This document shows, piece by piece, positions 40,800 to 51,000 of a stretch of DNA of 64,000 bases (position 1 is the first letter of the stretch; each line of letters begins with the position of its first letter). Origin of the DNA: Trichinella spiralis. Taxonomy: Eukaryota. The stretch is taken from contig NW_003526943.1 of NCBI RefSeq assembly GCF_000181795.1, positions 1,180,487 to 1,244,486 of the forward strand, in the 5' to 3' direction. The notes under the pieces were generated by a model. That model was not told the origin of the DNA. It made no database searches and saw only the letters and a program-made list of their open reading frames with translations. The position numbers were made by a program, and so were the translations under genes.

Positions 40800-41905
40800 T
40801 CAAAACATAATTGTCCACGTAGCTTTGTCCTCTTCATTTGGAACATAAGTGACGGCCATTTGAAGCATTTCGCTGAGTTTCAAATCAGGCAACTCATACC
40901 AACGAGGAAGCTTATCCCCTTGGGAAGTGAACATTTGTTTGCCATGATTTCCAAGCAAATCTCGCAAAATCAAATTGCGATGTAAGCATTTTTCAAAAAA
41001 TTCAACCCCACCTTTCTGATAATCATCACCAATTGACAAAGCTCCGACAACTCCTTGACGTGCAATAAACTGCTTCAATTTCCCCAAACTGAACAAATAC
41101 AACGATAACAATGACGAAGTGATGTAAAAAATAATGAAAATTCGAATAATAAAAATCAACTTTTTACGATAAAAATAATTAACAAAAAATTGATATAAGC
41201 TGCTTATGAGTATGCCTGTCAACGCAGTCAAAGTGAAAAAAACTAACGGCCAATTCAAAGCCCAAATGGTGTGCAATTGTTGTTGAAGAACAAAGCGTTT
41301 CGCTTCTTCGGATAATACGAATGTATCTTTCAACTGTTGTAAAACATCTTTGTCAATGCTGTCCACAGTTTTGGGAATGCCTGATTTTCGCAACCAAGTT
41401 GAAAGCCAAGCATCAGTGATTTCATTCAAATTTTCAAAACAGATTATATCCGGCACACCAATTCGTCCAAGCCATAGAAAACGTGGACTGCCGAGTCGTT
41501 TGAAAGTGTCGCCTTCGACACGAAAAAATTTCACATTTATATACGGATCAACGTTAGGCAATCTGAATTTACTCATCAACTCTTCTGACTCTGGTTTTCT
41601 CATAGTCATGAGCTGTTCAATTTCCTGCAATTGTCATTCAAATAAACCAAACCCACCCAATCGATTCAGTGCACACAATGATCACTTACTTCGACAATCA
41701 AATCTTGAATCAAATCTGGAATTTTTACAGTATTTTGTCCATCTTTTTTCGAATAAAATTTTGCCACTTGCTTGCTAAATACTACATCCTTAAAGAAGGG
41801 AAACAAACCAATCACTGCAGCGCTTATCGCACAGCACTTTGCCATCCTTCTACTCCAAGAAGGTTCAAAGAAGGCTTTGAATGTATAAAATTTTCCAATC
41901 ACCAT
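40800..41905 (-). CDS. TMEM177-like membrane protein
   Basis: Two exons joined at ...LIVE|EIEQL. Motifs FVLSEEAKRFVL, two hydrophobic segments and IGDDYQKGGVEFFEKCLHRNLILRDLLGNHGKQMFTSQGD resemble TMEM177 family C-termini. Start uncertain (41905, or 42005 via a very short intron). Confidence 0.72.
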
Positions 41906-42459
41906 TTGGAACAAGCTCTGAATCCGAAAAGAACAATTAACTTACATTAAATAATTGTTCTTTTTCCAAACTTTCATAAATATCAATAAAATTCATCCGC
42001 GGCATTATGGTAAAAATCGTTTATACAATATGCTTCAAAAATTCAAACATTTTTCACGTAAATTTTTAAAGCACGACTAGAACAAAATTTTTATTGAATA
42101 ATTCACTTGTTTCTTGATGAAAAATTAACAATTTGTCATTATCAGAAAGTCAATTTGAGCAAGTTGAGAGGCCAGCAATTTCTTTTCTTATTATTAGTAG
42201 TTCCTATAGCTAAATATATTTTATACAGAAAAATAAAGATAAATATTATTGTAACTCAACTTATACAATATAACAAAGCCAAATAATATTCATTGAAAAT
42301 AATACCATATTTTGATTTTCAAGTATGTATGCAAGCAAAACTTCAAATGATTAAATAAATGTTCGTTTTGTATAAAAATTGGATTACTGTAAATTATTAA
42401 ATTACATTAAAATTAGATAAAGTTTTTGAGCAGTAAATTGAGCAATTTTTTTAAAAAAC

Positions 42460-43105
42460 ATCATGCGCATGAAAACTCTCAGTGATCATCCATCGGTTTG
42501 TTTCCATTAACACTGATTTGTTATTTGAATTATCGATCGTTTCGTTGTTTTCCGTGCGTCTCCTGCCGTGGTATATTTTCAGGCTGTTGTTATATGAATT
42601 GATATGTGAAACTGATAGTAAGATTTCCGAAAGACTTCCAGCACCTTGAGTGGGCATGCAATTAAACATCGAATGCGCTAATTAACACAAAGCTATCATT
42701 TTATGATTGTGCTGCCCCATTGGCCTCTCTAGTTATCCAGTGAAATTCAAATTAAAGAGTGATTGAATTTAACTGTGAGGGCGAATAGTGGATTCGTCCG
42801 TACGTAAATTTAGTCAGCCTCAGCACTGCCATAGTCAGAATGCTGCTTACACAGTCTTGCCATTCGACAACAGCTAAAACATTTGCTTTTTCTCGAAGCT
42901 GCAATTTCTTCTAATTGCGTTAATTACAGTATTCAAAACGTATTTTGAAAAAGGCACGCGAATACCTTTGCTGTATCTTGAGGCAGCAAATGCAAGTTGC
43001 ACATAACCTGTAGCTGTGCGGAAATTCAGATGTGTAGTTTCGATTTTAAACAGACATTTGGCAACATAAAAGGTTTTGCTGACAAAACAAAAGATTTATG
43101 TTATA
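42460..43105 (+). ncRNA. Candidate structured non-coding RNA of unknown family
   Basis: More GC-rich than flanks, no recognisable protein frame, at least nine hand-found helices. Several helices are completed by G-U pairs only on the + strand. No Rfam family recognised by eye. Confidence 0.4.
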
Positions 43106-43317
43106 ATGATACTATTTAAAATTTTAATAAATTTAAACAAGTGAATACGGAAACGAATGCTTATTCCATTACATGCATTTTAATAATAACAAAAAACTTC
43201 AACATTCCGATAAATAAACCACTGACAGGAAAATATGCGTTCAATTTAACCGGAAGTCAGGTTATCAATTGTGAATTTGTGGACCCAAAGTCGGCTGATC
43301 AAATGTGATCACGCCAG

Positions 43318-45100
43318 CTAAGCTTCTCTTCGACGTTTTTCATAACGACTTAGTACGGCATGAAACAAAGAAGCACAGTTCACTTGGGCTTTCAATTTTG
43401 AGCAGAGCAAAAATGCACCGGCCATCTTTCGATGCAACGAGTAGATTTCTTCCGGAGGCGGGCGAAGTCGATGCTTCATCATTACAGGAATCAAATGATG
43501 AATCTCATTCGTTGTAGTCTGACATCCAAAATTGAACGGAGCATTCAAACTGAACGCTTTGCCAAGAATCATCACCGCGTCCACGTGTGCATTTTCCATA
43601 ATCTTAACTTTCATTTTATTAATTTGCAAATTATAGAGAAAATAAAAATTATATTGTAATTCCGTTTTTTGGAATAATTTAATTTGAAACATAAAGCTAC
43701 CTTCGACTCGTAACCAGTGAGAAAACCAACTTCCCTAGACCAATGCAATATACCTTGACGATCACCAGCAGCGGCACTTTTCAGTATATTTTTATACTGA
43801 TCAATAAACTGTATATCAAAAGTTCGACAAGCACCAAAATCTAGTAAAACAATCTAAAATATCAAAAAATTATTTACTCATTTTATTAATAACATGAAAG
43901 TTTGTTATTTAACGTGAACTAATTATACTAACCTTATGATCATCGGTTCGAAATAAAAAATTCGACCAATTAGGATCAGTTTGCATATACTGAAAATCAA
44001 ATAATTCACGCAAGCAAAGTTGCAAAATTTTTTTGCCAATCTGAAATCATAATTCAATAATGATAAAAATAAACCCTTCAACTTTGATAACAAGAAAATA
44101 ATTCACCCAATTTCGTACAGGTTGACTCATATTTTCACATTTGTCCAAATGCAAACCACTGACTAATTCTAAAGTCAACACTCTTTTGCGGGTATGATCC
44201 ATAAACACCTTCGGCACATAAAAGTCTGAATCATCTGCCAAAAAATTTCTTAAATAAAAAAATCACGCAAAATTATCAAACAATTGAGGCAACAATTCAA
44301 ATTTACTAATCTAGAAAAAACATCTTAATTTCATTATTCTTCTTTATTCTTTTTAATAATCACAATTAATAAATGTACTTGAATTTTACAGTCGATGAAG
44401 CTTCATGCAAGTAGTCACATTCCAAGGAAATTTCTTTCTTCATCGCAAATGCAAAGTTTTCCAAAAACATGCCTTTCGGTAAGAAGTTTCCAATCGACAA
44501 AACGCTCAACAAGTTGTCAATATCTGATTTGATACTTTTGGAAATACCTGGATACTGAAAAAAAGCAAAACTGAAATAATATTCAAAAGTTTCACATCGA
44601 TTATGTACAGTAAGAATGAAAATATACTTGAATTTTCATAGCCACTTTTTCACCAGTGTGCAAAACAGCCAGATGTACCTGGCCTATCGATGCAGCAGCA
44701 AATGGGTTTTCATCAAATTTTTCAAACAAATCTTTCCAATTTTTACCAAATTCAGCTTGAAGTGTTTTCTGTTAAAGTGATATAATGCGCCAATAAACGA
44801 AAACAAAAATAAGCAGAAACAATTTTAATTTTACATTCACTTGAGAGGCAGGCATAAAATCAGCACTACAACGAACGCGCTCAAAAATTCTCTGCATCTC
44901 TGGACTAATTAATGTATTGTCTTAAAATAAAAATAACGAAAAAATAAGAAAAATATAATAAGAATAAACTTCTAAAACTACCCTGAATGCTTATCATTTG
45001 ACCGAACTTCAAAGCGGCTCCTCGAACCCGGCACAGGGTCGACACCAAACGCTCCATATTAGCTTCGGTCAGAAATGGATTTTCTCTGGACTTCTCTGAA

Positions 45101-45138
<38 letters not shown>

Positions 45139-45990
45139 TTGATCTGAATATTTCAGTAATCGCATACCTTCTTGACGGCCTTTAAAAGATCGTCGCGTTA
45201 CTTCAGCCAAAGCGCCAAAGCCAAGTTTCACGGCTAAATCTTCAAAAGCAACTACTTAAAATTGACCACAGAGTTCACCGAGTCAGTACTCACTTCCAAA
45301 ACTAGCCATTCGACCAATCCTCGACGAAGGTACTCTTGAAGCTTTGGAATGCTCACTTAGATACGATTCAACTTCAACTTTCTCGCTGAAATCAGATACG
45401 TCTACGGGCTTCTCGTTTTCAAATATCCTTTCATTTTCCCAATCAGGAATGGACGTTTCTACGTTTTCTTCTGACTGCTTTGCACTTTTATTATGACTTT
45501 CTCCTGAATCAGTAAAACGAATTTGATAAACAAAGCATAATTTAAGACAAAAAAGCAAATCTCTGTTCACCACTGAAATCATTCTTCACTGTCTTTTGCT
45601 GCACTGTTGCGGAAGAATCATTGCTCAAGTTTACTTTAAAAAATTGCTTCCGAGCAAAAACTGCAGGCAACGCAACCACCACACCCCTGCATACCATTTC
45701 GCTTTTTTCAAGCATTTCCTTTGCCAAATGCTTAAGCATCAATAAAATTTAAAAGAAGCCACACTTAGGTCGACAACACAAATAACGCGTATAATTTAAA
45801 CCTGCATTGCATTTATATTGCCTACAGTAGGCAGCACGGATGCTGCGCAGCCGAACAAATTACTCAACGACTGCTTCGCACTGGAAAGCTGCCAGTAGTT
45901 TGCCATCTTTTTCCGTTCAGAAGCTAGGTATTTTTTTCCTACTAACTTTGCACCACTAATTACCCGGGCCATATCTTTGAAATGATGCAT
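43318..45990 (-). CDS. coq-8: COQ8/ADCK3-4 atypical ABC1 kinase
   Basis: [33 protein letters not shown] (KxGQ motif), [64 protein letters not shown]. Confidence 0.96.
45102..45135. repeat. (TA)n microsatellite in a coq-8 intron
   Basis: About 17 TA units read directly. Confidence 0.9.
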
Positions 45991-46262
45991 TTGAACCTTT
46001 GAAAAAATGCTGCTTCAAACTTTTCTATATTAACGTTTCATGGAATTCTGCATTTTTGAAGTTAACCGCAGAAAGAAGAACTTCACTAGGTCATGTCCTG
46101 TGCAGAAAATGTTTTGCAAATCAGTTCGTTGAAATGCAATGATGTGTTAAAGTAAAAATACGGGTCTTTTTCCAGCAGTGCATCAAAAAAACAAATTGGT
46201 ATTGATGTTGTTTATTGTTTGCAACGTATAAAATTTAGCAATTCATCCCCAGGCCATTTCAC

Positions 46263-47051
46263 TCAATGCCCCTTGCCTTTGCCTGGCTTTTGCTCCCTTT
46301 GAACAGGATCCTGAACCACCATAGTGCAATAACATTTCCCACAGTACTGACGATTATAATGATTGGCCATGAACACGCCGGCTCCACAGCTCTCACTAGT
46401 ACACTCTTTTCGAAGTCGTGATACTTTTCCATTTTCGTCAATCTGAAAAAAGAAAATTTTTTTTTACAATAACACAACAAAAATATAAAAATGTAACACG
46501 CTTCCTACTTTATAATATTTCAAAACTGCAAGTTTCACTTTCTTCTTCTTGTGTTTGATTTTCTTGGGTGTTGTGTACATCTTCTTCTTTCGTTTTTTCG
46601 CACCTCCGAGAAGCCTGGATAAACGAAATCAGATCACTGACAATTAGGCAATAGAAACATAACAAACAATCCACTGCAGAAACGTTCCACACAAAAAATG
46701 CATTTCATAAAAGGTACTTTTCAAAACGTATATCTATCTACCTGTAGGATAAGTCAAGTGTAGAAAATTCTTGAATATTACACTGTGCCAAAGTCCAATC
46801 ATCTTCTAAAGGTCTTCCGCCCAGTACCAAATAAGATGAACATAAACTTTCTTAAAATTGCACATCTTTTACCACCAAATTAAGTAAATTCATCTAATAT
46901 TTACCCTCTTCTTCTTGAATTTGCTTCTTAATCTCACCAATTGTACAATTTGACTCGATCTACAATAAGAAAGCATTGCTACAAATACATCAAACAAAAA
47001 TAAAATTACGTTCAAGGCTATCAGCCTTCCGCTTCTAACAAAGATTTGCAT
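46263..47051 (-). CDS. ubl-1: Divergent ubiquitin-like domain fused to ribosomal protein S27a (eS31)
   Basis: Five exons translate to [163 protein letters not shown]. Confidence 0.93.
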
Positions 47052-48077
47052 TGCTTCAATTTCCAATCTTTAAAACAATCTAAAACAAAATAACATTTTA
47101 TCAAGAACAAACTGCTTTTGTTAAACAATAAGTAACCCTGCACAAAAATGATGATCATTTATAAAATGAAGGTAAAATCAGTCGAAAACAAAGTTACAAG
47201 AGAGTTAAACAATAGAGACTAGAATTCCAAGAAATTATTTAACACAAACAACAAACATTCAAAGTATCCTCATGCATTCATGTATTTATTTTATTTTTTA
47301 TTTCAGATTATACTCATCTACTATTCTTAAAAAACTTTCAGCATACCAAAAAAGAACTTAGAAATGATTATAACTAAACTGAAATTTCACGCAAAATCTG
47401 CTAGAATATGTGATAAAGTATAAAACAAACAACATGCAGAAAGTATTCTAATTAAATTTTTCCAGCACGAAAATGAAAAACACTAGATCACGATTACAAT
47501 CAAAACCAAGTCAAAATTTAAATTGAAAAAACCAACTCACTATGAAACGTGTCAAGATTTATGGTATTACAGTATGCTAAATAGTAGTGAGGTACAAATA
47601 ATTACTGTTAATACGGTGGAAAACATCTTACGAATTTCATTTTCGATTGACTTCGGTGTTACTTTTTTTAATTTTTTATTTTATACATTTTTATTTCACA
47701 ATACAATAAAATAAGCTATCACAGTAATATGAAAAAAGAAAGCATTTAAAAATTCAAATTAAAATTCAATCTTTCAATTAATTATTTTGACAAATGTATT
47801 TATAAAAAACATCAAAAAGTCGGTCATTATGTTCAAATAATTTTATGTTTACTTCTTTACAGTTTGCCAAAATTGAACAAGCACTTCTCACAAATACGCA
47901 CAACATAACGGAACAACAATTTAAAAAGTGAAAGGCAACATCATAATGGTTGTTTTGAAATATCTCTTTCCAAGTAAAATTTTGCAAATGCAACACATTA
48001 GAAAAAATTTTGGACTTCTCAAAACAGATAATTTGTTAACAGTTGAACCCGCCATTTGTTGAACGACAGTGCATTGA

Positions 48078-51000
48078 TCAGTGAGATTCACGCACAGTAA
48101 TAATCTCTGAACAAGGCTGCTCTTCAAGTTTTGCTATATCTGTATCGAACAAATAAAGACCATCATCAGTTCCCATCTTTCCATTTCTAAGTATAGGCTC
48201 TAATAAATAGAAAAAAGAAAAAAAGTCATTTTTTTCTTCAAAAAAACAAAAAGATTCAGATATTAAAAATTATATATAGACATATAGAAAGTGTTCGCTT
48301 ACTTTCTGATGCTGCTGTGTTGCAACTTCCTGTAGGCAAAGCATCCTTTATTATTGAGCGGCCAGAAAATTCAGTTGGTTGATCATCAGTGTGAAAATTT
48401 TCCGTACTCTTTCCTGCATTTTTTTTCACAGCATCGCAATTATTTGTTTGCAAAAAAGAAGCAGGCTCTGTTTGAACTGCAGCATCAGTTAAACTTTTCC
48501 TACAAGCAGCTTCAGGTGCAACATCCGTGGGAATATCAGTTCCAACAGCTTGGCTTATTTTTTCTGGAAACGGAAGCAAACGTTCAGGAGACAATTTATA
48601 CTGATGAAGCTCACGCTGAACACGTTTCAAATCATCGCCCATGATTTGCAAACTGTGCAACAGATTGGTCAAGCAAGTCATCAGACCTGCAGCAATTTGA
48701 GTCAGCTGATAACAAGGCACTGAAGGACATTCCACTTCGGGCACTTGATATTTAACAGAGCCGTTTTCGAAATTTTCCATTTCAATAAGACGAGTTTGTT
48801 CGTTGATCGCTTCAAGTAATCGATTAGCTAAAACAAAAATGTACAAATCTTGAGATTCTGTAAATTTTTACAGGAAAATATATGTTCATCACCGACTTTG
48901 CTTAATAGCAGAAATGACAAACTCTCTAGCTTCCCTGCTAGTTCGACTGTCGACAGCTGATGAAGGTGGAAGATCATTCTTTTGCCCAAAAAAGCTAGAA
49001 ATTATCTGAAGCTTCTCATTTAACAATCTTATAACCAATTTATCTTCTTGTTTCAATTTCTCTGAAATAAATAAAATTCTGGATCAGAAAAAGAAAACAA
49101 CAAAATATAATCTAACATGTTCGCTGATACCTAGTGGATTTAAAATTGGCTTCGAGTGCTGAAATACAGTAGGCTGACATATGTTAATTTCTGATGGACT
49201 TATCAACCGAGGCTGACATGTAACACGAACCCGCTCGTCGAAATTTGGATTTTTCATTGTACGCTGAGAACGAACAGTTAAACTTCTAAAAATCGAATGC
49301 CAAAATTATATTAAAGGAGGTAAGTTCAAATAACGTATACAGTTAAAAGTTAAAAGTAAGCGAAAATATGGAGATGAATGATAGAAAAATCGTTCTCACT
49401 TCTTTCTAGCACTGTTTGGAATTTCATAAAAGCTATCGCCGCTTTTGGATTCTTGACCTGGTTGACCGTGACGTACGCTTGTTTTCTGCTCATGCTTTTT
49501 GCTCGCTTCAATTTGCTCCACGATAAATTTAAACCAGCTAAAACAATTTAAAATCATATTCACGGTTGACAATCGACAATCGGTTTTATTTTCTTAGTTA
49601 TAAAATTGTGATTGAAAAAAAACAACTTTATTTATTTATATACTTTTGCTTTTCTGCTTTAGACTGAGTAGCTAATTCATATATTTGAGGACCGCTCGGT
49701 GATGTGCTTACAAGAAAAAATGCCTTCTTGTCTAAAAAAAAATTGTTTAAATTGTCAAATTAAATTATAAATAATAAGCTGTAATTCCACTTTAAGTATT
49801 ATTTATTACAAAAATGTATACCTGTAGCAACATCTTTCGCAATCAAACTGTTCAGTTTTAATAATGGACAGTGTGTCCATTTCACTTCATCTTTTCCACA
49901 CGATATATTGATATTATGAAAACGCAGTGCCAAGTGACCATCTGATGTTGGACTTAGCAACAGCAAAATTTCATCCAACAAAACAACATGCAAATCAACA
50001 ATCTAATTATAAATACGCATTGTTATTTGTAATAAAAATGTGAAATGATTTTAAATACCTTGCTTTTATTCAATCGCCAAATTAATGGTCCTTCGTGAAT
50101 TAAAGAGAATCGCCGCACGTCCAGAGGACAAAATTCAGATACAATCGGATGATTAACTTTATCAAACTGAGCTGTATCTAACATTTGTTGCAGACGCTGT
50201 AAACGAAGCACGTTTTCCGCATTTCGCTTCGCACTGTTCACACTTTCAAGTATAGATCGAGAACATTCAATGCATGTTCGCAAACGATCTGCTTCTTCAC
50301 TGGGATCTAATAAATGATACACAGTCATAACTTCTGCACAATGACGTCTAGCAGTATTTTTGGAATATTTTTCATTTAAAACAACCCCGTTTTAAAATTA
50401 TAATACTTTATATTTGCATAAGTCTGAAATGTACTGTTGCATTGTCTTCTAACTTTTCAGCCATTTTCAAATTGTGCGAACGTTACCTTCAGTGTATTTG
50501 AGTACATTTTCAAGCAAAAGCGGATATTTGGTCAACCGTTGCATCTCCATGGGCAACATATCTTTCAACTGCAATTTCCTGCAAACTGGAAAACTTTCCA
50601 CGACCTAATAAAATTCAATCTTTCAATGTTGCGTTATTCGACAGCAACCCACAATTCCCTTTCAGCAAGCAACCTGAAGAAATTCACGGAGCTTCTGATC
50701 TTTAACTACACGATGCTTCAAAGCTTCAATAGCAGACTGAAGTTTTTGGCAATGCAGTGAGTCGATGTTTCTCATGCGCTCTTTACCATCCTGGAACTAT
50801 ATCAAAACAAAAAAAAATAACTTAAACAAATTTGAACTTTAAAACTTACAAACTGGAGCATCATAATGCTAATATCACCAATGAGTTTGTTATTTTGCAT
50901 CATGTTCTTCATGGCTTCATTCATTTCTACTGAAATATCAAATGAATGATGCATGCATCACTATTCAGATTGCCAAGCGGAGGCAACTAATATTACCGTG

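Noticed and set aside
41350..41950. 142-aa and 93-aa + strand ORFs
   Set aside because: Antisense shadows of the TMEM177-like coding exons.
42451..42669. 72-aa - strand ORF in the candidate RNA region
   Set aside because: No recognisable motif or supporting exon structure. It cannot be fully excluded, but it does not explain the helices.
42808..42865. miR-34-like (TGGCAGTG) and miR-31/72-like (TGGCAAGA) seeds on the - strand
   Set aside because: Only the seeds match, and no ~22-bp precursor hairpin places either sequence on an arm.
42600..43040. RNase P/MRP-like motifs (AATTCAGA on +, CAATGGGGC on -)
   Set aside because: No partner CR-I sequence able to form helix P4 was found on the same strand.
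46617..46741. Possible C/D snoRNA in the longest ubl-1 intron
   Set aside because: A CTGA lies near the 3' end, but there is no canonical RTGATGA C box or terminal stem.
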